A stretch of 64,000 nucleotides of DNA, taken from contig NC_047082.1 in the NCBI RefSeq assembly GCF_902459465.1, positions 9,672,001-9,736,000 on the forward strand, written 5' to 3'. How positions within the stretch are numbered: the stretch's first letter is position 1; the number at the start of each line of letters is the position of its first letter. The position numbers and the translations under genes were made by a program. Below the pieces are notes generated by a model. It did not search any database and was not told the origin of the DNA. It saw only the letters and a program-made list of their open reading frames with translations. Positions 1 to 12,100 of this stretch are shown in pieces. Origin of the DNA: Asterias rubens (Eukaryota).

Positions 1-39
1 GAGTAATTGGTTGTTGAACTTTGCACTTCTCTTTTTTAC

Positions 40-157
40 CTGTGGGATACAGTTGGGGTAGATTCCAATGCTGCCCAGATTGTTCAATGGGTTGATGGAG
101 GTGAGCCCGTAGGTTACCTCACGCAAGCATCCACGGAATCCTATACGGGTGACTCGC
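40..157 (-). CDS. LAMA5: Laminin alpha exon 63 (LG2 end)
   Basis: [14 protein letters not shown]...[10 protein letters not shown]; donor gtaaaa. Confidence 0.9.
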
Positions 158-3100
158 CTGAAATGCAAGATCAATAAAAAATGTCAGACTTCTGCTCTAG
201 CAGTGCAAAGTTTGTGGGTTTGAATCCTACCCGAGTCGACTTACTGAGTGTACAGTGCTGAATACACATTGGTGTAGGGGGAAAAAACAACAAAATATTA
301 TAACATCCTCTCAATAAATGATTATCAACAACCCAGATGGACTCCTGCTGCTAAGAATTCAAAATACCTCTAGCCAACATCTGCTCTAGCAATGCAAATG
401 TTGTGGGTTCAAATCCCACCCGAGTGATTTGCCGTCACACTTTTTTCAAAGAACTCAAAATGGGATGGAAAATCTTTGACGTCTTCTAGTTTCATTGACA
501 GAACAAGTAGTCTTGACTTTTTTAAGACGATGGGACATCTTTGAAATATAAAAAATAATTGACTTACGGGAACATATCGTCAGGGATTGCAACCAAACCT
601 CCGAGATAGAAGTATTCCGATACTGAAAGTGTAGTTCCGTCACCAGGGGATGTTCCAGACTTCGTCTCTTCACCGCTGCAATAAATAGAAAAACAACAAT
701 ATTAAAGGAACATTACAGAATTGATTTTTGCTAACAAAACAGTTGCTGGCAATGTAAGATCTTAATGTAATCCACCATAATTACATAAACTGACAAACCT
801 GTAGACGTTTGAGATCGATCGGCCTTCTGGGTCACGAGAGAATAGTGAAAAACCTTTAACAAATTTTGCACTGCATCGATGCCAAAACAAAAATGAATAA
901 AACGCTCACTGAGCCATAAACTCCAAACGCGAAGTTAGATTATTTATTTCTCATCAAATTTGACATTTCAGACAGAAATATTTCAAGGGAAGTTAGACGG
1001 TGTAAGTTTTATGTAAATCTGTGATCTTCACAACTTTTGTTTCTTACCAATTGTGTAACGTTCCTTTAACCTTTTAAATTTGACCCTTTAGGCATATTTG
1101 AATCACTTTATTTATTAAAACGAATGGTTTCCGTCACATAAGTTTTTGAGAGGTTGTTGGTTCATTTCCAGCTCCAATCAATTTCTCTTTGTTCAAAATC
1201 CAAAATAAAAGAGACATTACTTACTTTATTGACTCGACACTTAGTCTACCAGTTTTGGAGCTCATAGAAGCTCTCACTGCAGTCTGTTCTCCATTGTTAT
1301 ATGTCCCATCTGTGATGAGAGTCAGGGGACCAGTCCCGAGGTCAAATTCAAACTGGATACGACCTCCTTTGAGTTCGATGGAGAGGTATTTCCCCTAGAA
1401 AAGTCCACAAAGACAAACTTAAAGTTAAAAATTGCCAACAAACAAAATCTCTTGCCCTTTTTTGAAAATTATCTTGGGTACAATAACAGCTTTCCATTAG
1501 AGGCAGATATTGCGACTTTGTGATCACATCAAAAAGCAGCTCAGCCGTCGATTTCACCAAAATCTTCCTCACTTAGGATTAATCTTAAGACTTCATTTCC
1601 GTTACCATAGACGTTAGGACGCATTGAACTAATCATAAGTTAGGACGAGTTACTCAAAACAATAAAAAGGAAAAGAATTCATGCTAAGCAAATTTGTGTG
1701 CTTAGCAGCTCTATGAAATTGGGCCCTATGCATGTCTTTAGAGGACCAGTCTAAGACTGAACTAGAGTTCAAAGGAGTCAGAGAGGTGAAGGGTACCAGA
1801 CCTACCTCACTACCCATGAAGAACAGCAGACCGTTCGCCTGGTAGGTCTTGAAGATGATTTTGATGCTTGATTGACCTCTGGCGTTGAATTCGCTACTGG
1901 ACAGGAGGATGTATCCCTTGCCATTAAACATGGTTCCTTCTAGCTCAGAATCGATAGCGGTGTTGACTGTGTCGTTCCTGGGGTAGGCCGGGATAGAAAT
2001 GGAAAGGTATTAAAAACATGGTTCCTTCTACCTCAGAATCGATGGCAGTGTTGACTGTTTCGTTCCTGGGGTAGGCCGGGATAGAAATGGAAAGGTATTA
2101 AAAACATGGTTCTTTCTAGCTCAGAATCGATGGCAGTGTTGACTGTTTCGTTCCTGGGGTAGGCCGGGATAGAAATGGAAAGGTAAAAACATGGATCCTT
2201 CTAGCTCAGAATCGATGGCAGTGTTGACTGTTTCGTTCCTGGGGTAGGCGGGATAGAAATGGTAAGGTATTGGAAACATTTTTTTAATTTTTTTTTATGC
2301 AAGCTCGCCCAAACAAGGCTAAAATAAAAGCCACTCTTGGAATGGGCTACAAGAAGAACCAGTTCTTGAATGTGAAAAGAACTCACAGTAGAAATTGATA
2401 TTCCTCTTAAAACAGTCCAGATTGTAGGATGGGGGAATCATGCACCAGGCAAGGAGAAACAATGGTTTAAAAATGTTTCCCCAGGGGCTACCCTGTATAA
2501 ATAATACTTAATAGTATAAATAATAATAATTGAATAATAATTCAATCCTCTAGTTTTCGATAAACACACCAGCCATCCTACCTGTGAACAATTTATCAAG
2601 GTAAAAGGCACTGGACACCTTTGCTAATAATTGTCAGAGACCAGTATTCTCACTTGGTGTCATTTTCTTTAAGACACTTCCACCAAGGTTCAAGTTGTTG
2701 TATTACGTACCTTAAGATTCCTTCATTGGCGTCGATGGCTCTGTCAAAGTTCCAGAGGGTCATTGGGCGTCCATTTAATGTAAACTCATCAATACCTCCT
2801 TGGAAGAGTCGATTGGGTATCGCATTTGGCAACCACTAAAACACAAAAAAGAACAAGAAAATCTCATGAATTTCTTAATATCACAATTAATGAGCTCTCT
2901 TATTGAGCGGTCGAGTGGGTGCGGTGGTGTCTTGCCTTGCCTTCCCTCTCTGCCAACAATTTCACCAAACTCTTCCTACTTTAGGATTAATCTTAGGACT
3001 TAGGACGAGTTAAGTTCTGTAACAATAGACGTTAGGACGCGATGAACCCATCTTTGGTTAGGACGAGTTACTTGTCCTACATGTAACTCAAGATAGAACC

Positions 3101-6100
3101 GAGGTTCAAATCCCGCTAGGGGCACTACCCGCTAGGGGCACTACCCGCTAGGGGCACTACCCGCTAGGGGCACTACCCGCTAGGGGCACTACCCGCTAGG
3201 GGCACTACCCGCTAGGGGCACTGTGGCTGCTGGATGCGCCGTAGCACCTTGTAAACCCTTATAAGGTGCTACATACTTGGTCCTCAGAATTCATCTCTAT
3301 ATAAGCTATATAGGACTTCGATATTATTATTATTCATCATCATCATCGCTTAGCATCATGCATTTCTGCACCGGCTGCCTGACTTGTGAGATGCTTCCAA
3401 ATAGACCGGTCTTGAGCTGCCACTTCTGCCTCCTCCACAGACCACCCATATTATTATTATAACCAAATCATCTACATTTGTCTTGAGGCTGGAGAGATGA
3501 TTGACAAACTAACTTACCGTAAAGACAAGCAGAGTTTACTGTTTGAAACGCCGAGACCAAACCGGCTCTTTTCAGGGAGCCAACACTCCCTCAAAAGAGA
3601 TTTTACACATGGTTGTACCCGCTATTCATATTTAGATGAATAGTTACTCTTAACTTACCGTGATATCTGGAGGTATACCACCGACAAAATAGTGAGCATC
3701 CTGGTTGAAATTGAGAATGCTGGCGTCTCCTGCAGATATAGAGTCTTGAAGAACGTCGTTCTGTCCCATACCCTTGACAATCACCTTGGTGAATCGTCCA
3801 TTCCTGAGAGAAGGGATAACAACAAACCATGAGGATTTGGGAACCAACAGAGAACTCAAAGGGCTTGTACTTGGGGGGGGGGATCCATGAGCTTGAGTTC
3901 GAATTGTTTACTAGACCAGAGCTCTTCCTAACTTAGGATTAATCTTAGGACTTAGGACGGGTTCAGTTCCGTATTCAAATACGTAGGACGCATTGAACCC
4001 ATCCTAAGTTAGGATTAATCTTAGGACTTAGGACGGGTTCAGTTCCGTATCCAAATACGTAGGACGCATTGAACCCATCCTAAGTTAGGACGGATTATTG
4101 GTCCTAACTCGAGTTATGGTTAATCCTAGCATTAGTAAAATCGGCGGCAGAATTGGTATTTATTAGAAAGCTTTGTAACCTAGTGAGCCTTTTTATTCGA
4201 ACATGTTACATGGAAGTGTCAGCACTTAAAGAAGACGAGGAAAAGAGAGACGTAGATAAAGCAAAAGACAAAGCATGAGAGACTGAACATCTCTAATAAA
4301 GTTTCTTGACAATAACACAATCCACACTGGAAAACAGAACAAAGTTGGAGCAGAGTCGCAAATAACCGACTTATTAATATCCAGGGATGTGATAGGCTGT
4401 TGAGAAAAAAACCTGAACTCTCAACGCGAAAGCATGCAAGCTCAAAAACGTGGGAGCATGAAGCCCAATATTAACATTAATCTTTGGTTTTTAAAGCCCC
4501 ACACTACAATCTTGGGCGTTATTATGTGGTTTTATCTTCATTAGTTGAATGGGGTTGGTGGTGGGGGGGACACAGAATTTTTTTTTTTTTTTCAGGGCAA
4601 AAAATGGGATTCCTGTTAAAAACAGAGAAATCACATCCCTATAATATCTAACCTTTCGGTGATGACTTCATGCCACTTGTAATCGTTGACATCCTTAGCA
4701 ACTACTACTTCTTCATCTCCATCTCCAAGATTGTAACGAAGGACGACATTGTGATTCTCCACACCCAAGGAATAATAGTCATCCTGTGTCGGTGAAAAAA
4801 TATATAATAAATTTACCGAGAAAAAAAAATCAGTTTTATACAGTTAAGCCCGGTTCACATACTTCCTGCGAATGCAATAAGAATTTGGACGTAACAAATA
4901 ACTCGCATCGGTTGCCCTTTGACCAACTCCTGTGAAAACAGCCCTGTTACTTCAAAAAGTATGCATCAGGCTTTAGACACCAGAGAGTCTGGTGCCCTTA
5001 ACCGTTTGGCCACGACACTCTACATAGAACATGGACTATGGACTGTAAAGGGATAACCCTGTTTCAGCCCTACGAGTAGGTGGCAACGGCCTCTGAAAAA
5101 AAAAAATTGTAGCCCACACCTTGAAGTGGCCTTCAGGCCTCGTGTGTCTGGCGACTTGCATAAAAAAAAAAGTATAACAAAAAAATAAAAACAATTGTGA
5201 TTTCTTACATCAGGTGAGGGTCCACCGATGAAGTAAAGAAGAGCATCAGGCTGCTGTGTCTTGAAGAACAAAGAGGAGGAGGTATAAGCTGCTTGGCCAT
5301 CAAAGTCTTCTGGTTCGGGTTGACGAAGTTCAACGACTGTATCCGCTTGGAATTTCATGGCCACTTTCACCTGAATGACAAAGACAAGAAGGTCTGATAC
5401 TGGGATACAACTTCTAAGGTTTTAAGACCCTGGACACTATTGGTAATTGTCAAAGACTAGCCTTCACAGATGGTGTATCTCAACATATGCATAAAATAAC
5501 CAACCTGTGGAAATTTGAGCTCATTCGGTCATCGAAGTTACAAGATAATAATGAAAAGAAAAAAGAAAAATAACCCTTTGTAACACAAAGTTGTGTGCGT
5601 TTAGATGGTTGATTTCGAGACCTCAAGTTCTGAATCTTGAGGTCTCGAAATCAAATTTGTGGAAAATTACTTCTTTCTCGGAAACTATAGCACTTCAGAG
5701 GGAGACGTTTCTCACAATGTTTCATACCATCAACCTCTCCCCATTACTTGTAACCAAGAAAGGTTTTATGCTAATAACTATTTTGAGTAATTACCAATAG
5801 TGTCCCTGGCCTTTAATTGAAATGATGGCATTTCCACCTTTTGGTGAACCAAGGAGCAATAGACTAAGAGGAGCTTTTTTGAACAGTGTCTTGCAGCACT
5901 AGAGAAGTTGACCAAACAGCCGGATTTCTTTGTATGTGGGAAAAAAATACTGTCTGAATTTCTTCACTAGGCCGACATTAAAAGCCTGAATTAAGATAAA
6001 AGACTGACAAATCTCATCCCTGCAAGACAAGAAACAGATAATCAGGCCTGGAACTACACGCAAACTTTTTATTATGAAAAGAAGCCACGACGTCACGAGA

Positions 6101-9100
6101 GAGCGGTCCATCCTGAGGAAGCGTCCCTCCAATGCAGATATTGTGCCCCCCCCCCCCCCGATAGTCATACTCGTTAGCGAGTGACAGCCCCCCCGATAGT
6201 CATACTCGTTAGCGAGTGACATCCTATATATATAAATATGTATTACTTAAACATTTGGCATTCAAATCAAGCGTACAGAGGAAATACGTAACATTGACAC
6301 TGATTAAAACAGTAAGGAGCGAATGGACGCGCTAGCAGTCAAAAGATCAACTGTTGCAGTCGTTCAGAACGACTCTGAAGCGCCTTGGTTTCAGACATCG
6401 ATCTTGTCATGAGGCGAGCCAATGTAAATGTTATGTTAAGGTTGCCTGTCTGAAAACAAAAATTGCTTGGGTCAACCTAGAGTCGCTCTTCAACTGTTTG
6501 GTTCGGCGCGTCTCTGGGGGGGGGGGGGGGTGTCTGAAATGGGAACTTTACTTACACCATCAGCGATAGTACGAGCGTTAGCAATCTTTCTCTTGATCTC
6601 TTCCAGGTTGTATTGAAGGCCAAGGGTCATATTCTGGATGTCAGCATGCTTAGCGGTCAGAGTACGGTCAAGATTACGAATCTCTCCGATGTTGTCCCTT
6701 GCTCGCTTGCCTTTGGGGGAAACAAATAAAAGGTGATTTAGTTTGATTATTTGTTAATTATTTTTTTGGAGCAGGTGATTGCCAAGTGTTTTGGACAGCT
6801 TTTGTAGACAGCAGGTAGGGGAATCCATGTATATTTAGTTTGCGATAACACTTTGTGGATATTTACTTGCCGGGTTGAACTTGTCTTGATTTATACTCTA
6901 CTACCGCCGAGTACATTTTTTGAAACTCAAGAGACTTCTCTAGTGCCACAGAGTAAAATTGGGCCCAGTAGACTAAAGAGTGTGAGACATTTTGGCTTTT
7001 TATAGGGGGTTCAGGTGCTTCAGTGTAGATTCAATCACAACTCTGATTGGTTCTCCTGAAAGGAGAGCTTTGGTTTTCTGCCCATTGTGTGCAGGTGCCC
7101 TGTGTAGTGGGGCGTGTTGGCTGCCTGCGGGAAATGAGTGTTTGAATGATAAAGGGAACTCGGCAAACTCCAACAGGGATATAAACACCAAGCTGGCAAC
7201 AGCCAATCTCTCTCATACACACATTGGTTTAACGTCTATGATTATGAATTGCACAAATCAAGAAATTGTGATTCAATAACTAGACGACAATATTTATTCT
7301 AGTCATTGTGAAATCAGGGGTAGGCTAGGGGAGTCGAACCCACAACCTTGTGATTGCAAGTACTGCAGTCTAACCACTGTGGAGAAGGGTAGTAGGATTG
7401 TTTGTCAAATACAAGCTATCAGTTACATCATCAACAGTGAGAAGCACTTACTGGCATCATCGGCAATGTTACTAGCCTGAACTGCAGCGTTAATATCAAG
7501 TGGGATCTGATCAACCTTTGTCTGAAGCTCCGGCAGCTGGGTCTTGATATTGGTTATAATGTTAGAAGCTTGGGTGGCCTTAGCGTTAGCATCCATAGCC
7601 GTGTCCACTGCGTCTTGAGCCTGCTCCCCTAGCTTGCTGATATCACAGTCCTGTCCGGTGAAGCCAGGCTTGCAGTCCGGAAACCCTTCTGGGCACACTG
7701 TGATGTCACAGACACTGCCCTCGTCGGGAATGTTATCCATGGCACGACGGATGGCTGCGAGGCGACCATCGGTTCCATCCAATCGGTCTTTTACGTCACC
7801 TACACTCTGTCCGACTTCACTGAGTTTACTGTCCAGTCCTGCCATAAACCATGTCAACAAGTTATTAAAGGCACTGGAAATGTTTGGTTGTTGTCAAATT
7901 ATCTTTTTGGTGTATCCCAACGATTGAATGAAATAACAAACCTGTGAAAATTTTTGCTCAATTGGTCATCAAAGTTACAAGAAAATAACTAGAGAAAAAA
8001 CATCAGAAAAAAAAATAATACTCTTTATCCCGATGCAAACTTCCATCTATTAAAAAACACCCTTGTTGCACAAATTTGTGTGCTTTCAGATACATGAATA
8101 AGACTTCAGACCACTTTCTAAAAAACTACGTTATTTCAGAGGGAGCTGTTTCTCACAATGTTTTATACTATCAACACATCTCCGGTGGTCAAAAAAATGA
8201 TATCGTTAAGTTGTTTTTCTTATACCTATGCTTTAATTTCCCAATCGGATAAAAGTTTTTTGAATATATTTCCATTTTACATTTCAAATAAAAGAACTAT
8301 CACTGACGTTTTTACAAAAAAACATTCCACAATGTGAGTTATTTATCTCAGTCATAACAAATAATATTTCAAACTGTCCCCGCTTCCATGTCCAAAGGAA
8401 ACATTACAAAATCAATGAACGGAGCAATTGTGATAAATTTACCTGCTAGGTCTTCGTTAGCAGTGTTGGCCTTCCTGACTAGACGTCGACTCTTCTTCAG
8501 TGATTCGGCGGGACGATCTCCGAAGCTATTTGCCTGCAGAAAGGAAAGAGTGACCACGTTAATAGGATGTCTGCTAACAAAAAATAGGAACGACTCAAGC
8601 TGGAAAAAAAAACTCGCAGTTCGTAAGCACAACTAGGAGCTCCGAAAAAAGAAAAAAAAAAGTTTCTAAACAGAAGTAAGTTCCTAAAGAGAACCAAGAG
8701 GTCCTGGAAAAGATAGCAGCTACTTAAAAGAAGATCCTGGTAGATCCTGAAAAAGGACCAGATTAGGAGTTCCTAAGTTCCAGTCACTCCTAACTGTTTC
8801 AGACGTCCAACTTTTCATGTACTTAATTCAGAATTTGGTTCAGTGCGACTCTGGAGAACCTGTCTGAAACGGGCGTTAAGGCCCGGTCACACAGGCCATG
8901 ATAACGAGAACAAAAACAAGAAAAATAAAAATGCACGCCCCCGATTGGTTGAAATGCTCTATGCAGAATACGCCCACGCTCATTCAACCAATCTAAGGCG
9001 TGCATTTTTCTGGTTCTCGTTTTTGTTCTCGTCATCGGGGCCTGTGTGACCGGGTCTTCAGTTCCATACCTGTTGCTCTGCCTGTGTGCTGGCGTTCAGC

Positions 9101-12100
9101 GCCATGGTAGCAGCAGCATCTGCGTCGTCAATCGCTGCGATGATCTCCCCGTATGCGTTGACTGCTTTCAGAGCATTCCGAGACAGTTCCAAGGTTCCTA
9201 CAAGAAGGCTACACACATGAAGGAAAAAACAACAGCGTCAAGATGTGTGATCGTCAAGACATCTTGGGAACAGGGCACAATGTCATACAAGCACAAAAGT
9301 TTGTTGAACACAGAAAACTCTTGCTTAGCAAAAATAGGTTGCCAGCCAAAAACACTGAACATTTACTAGATGAAGCTGGTGAAGTACAGGTCCAAATTTC
9401 AAAGAACCAATTTCCCCACAACCATCTCCATCCAGCCCCGATCTCTCCCCTCCCCTCCCCTCTGCCCTCCCCAACCTACCCTTTAAGATAGTCCGACTGG
9501 TTCTTAAGGTCGGCAGCATGCATCATGGCCTGGTCGACGATGTCATCTGCGGAGTTGGAGTTGTTGACAATGAAGCGTACACGTGGTTCCAATCTCCTCA
9601 CTGCTGCGTCTAGAACAGATGAATTAGCACTGGTACCCTGCAGGAACACAAAACAAGCTAACAATAATAGTAGTAGTAATAATAACAATAATATAAAACG
9701 CATTTCATAACAAAGTCTCAATGCGCTTTAGTACCCTGGTCATTGGGCCAATAACATTCTTTTAATTGTTCTCAGCTCCCTGGGGAGTATACAACCCCAC
9801 GCTGCCATGACGCTCCAGTGCCTTTTTCATACACAATATCCACCTCTACCCTCGCAGGTACCCATTTACAAATCAAAAGTGTTTAATTTACTTATTTTTT
9901 TTTTTAATGAGGGGGGAGGGGGGGGGGAGTGGTTGGTTAAAAAAAAAAGTCCAGTTAAAAACGGAGAAATCACATCCCTGATTAGAAAAATGTATCTTTC
10001 TCATTGAACTTACGTCCACAGCATTTTGAGCATCTTGTAGGAGTTTTAAGGCTGCCTCGATCAGAGCTGTTGCATTATCAATGTCACCGGTAGCTCCTCC
10101 AAGGTGAGCTTCAACTCCAAGCATGACAGCCTGAGATAATCAACAACAAACAAAATCAAAATCAAATCTCACTACACTTGATATCCTGTTCGTGCATGTC
10201 AGTGTGATGAAATCATAGAGCTGTATATATTGACTAGAGCGCTAACTTGCTCTGCGTTTTGAAGCCACCCTAGGCGCAGACATGTTTGATGTGTTGCGTG
10301 AATTCGGAACGCTTTTAATTCACATTGGTGCGTTTGTTTACATTCGGCGTGTGCGCTTACGTACGCGACTGCCCATCCACTTGACACACACAATAAAGAA
10401 CACCGAGCAAGGTGATACAGTAATGTTTACAGTTGTGTTCCCTAGTAGTTATCTATTAATTTTGGTTTTACTCGGGATTCGAACTGCCTCTAGCTACCAG
10501 GCAATCTCGGTGGTCTCGTTAAGACACTTGGTTTGCATCCCATCCGAGTAATATGCCTGTGATTTTTTTTTTCTCCAGAGCTCGGGAAGGTAATGAGTAT
10601 AGGCCTACAGTGCTAACACACATCGTTGTGTGTGGGCAAAACCAAAATGACTATCCTTTATCCCTGATGCAAATTTCCATCTATTAGTAAGGCCGTGTCC
10701 GAAACGGCGACTTCGGCTACAGCTACGGCTAGATCGCGCGCGTCTGCCTATTCTTCAACACTGACAGACGCGCTGATCTAGACGTAGCTGTAGCCGAAGT
10801 CGTTGTTTCGGACACGGCCTACATGTAATTACCTCAAAGGCTGGTACTCTGTTGAGATCGTTCAGAACCTCGGCACCGTCAGAGAAATTATTAGCGGCGT
10901 GGCTCTTTTCAATCAGCTCCTGGAGTTTGTCCACGAATCCTTGCATGTGATCCGAGACGTTCTGGATGTGACCCATTATCTCGTTGGAGGCATTACGTAA
11001 CATCTTCACTCTCATAAGCACTGTCAAAATAATAATAAAAATAATAATAATAGCGGCTTCTTATCTAAAGCGAATATCCGTCACTCAGTGGCGCTCCTGG
11101 CGCTGTAAAATACAGGTACATGTATGTGGGACTACAATCCCGGCCAAAATGCTTGGGCCACCCATTCCTAACGTTATATAAAACCATTCCCTGTCCACTT
11201 CCCATTGACAATAAACATTGTCTCCCCCGCTCCCCGTCCCCCCACTCAAAATTGACTGTAACGCAGAAGAAGACCGCCAATTGGAACCAACCGATATAGC
11301 CGGGATTGTAGGTTTGAATTATGAGACCTACTCCATTTATAGCACAATGTAATTGTTTTTGGGGTTGAACAAAGAATTGACTAGAGTGGGATTCGAACCA
11401 GCGTCCTCCGGATTAACGTGTTGGCGCTCTACCAACTGAGCTATCTAGCCCTATATTGGCGCTCTACTATGTAATGGTTTACCAGGTGATGTGGCGCAAT
11501 AAGCTGCCAATCAAACCAGGAACACATATCCCTTCATTCGATCAAGTCAAAGACAAAGGCACCGTGGTCAAGTGGTTAGACTGCAGGACTAGCAACCACA
11601 AGGTTGAGGGTTTGAATCCCCCAGCTAACCGCTGATTTCACAATGACTAGAATAAATATTGTCGTCTAGTTACTGAATCACAATTTCTTGATTTGTGCAA
11701 TTCATAATCATAGACGTTAGACCAATGTTTGTTAGAGAGATTGGCTGTTGCCAGCTTGGTGTTTATATCCCTTTGTGTGGGCTTGCCAAGTTCCCTTGAT
11801 GGGAAGATCATTCAAACAAAACAAAACAAAAAGCCAAAGACAAAGCCAAAGTAATTGTCTCCTCTACCTTCTTCAGCCGCAGCCAGTTCCTCATCAGCTC
11901 CTCTTTCTCCGTCCGAGAAATCCCTCGCGGCAATCTCAGCTACGATTATTTTAGCCTCCTCCAAGATGCGTGAGTTATCGGTGCCAACTACTGGGGGGGT
12001 CCTGTCCAAGGTGTCAAGTGCATCTAAAAGTTATAGGAAAGGAAAACCCAAATTATGATCAGACAAATCAATTTTTAATGTGGGCCAAATTTCATACAGC

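Noticed and set aside
3505-3600. Possible extra exon ending ACG|GTAAGTT just downstream of exon 58
   Set aside because: No laminin-like reading frame, and exons 58 and 59 already join in phase.
9197-9208. Alternative acceptor at 9197 for exon 52
   Set aside because: Out of phase with the phase-2 end of exon 51; the acceptor at 9208 restores frame and alignment.
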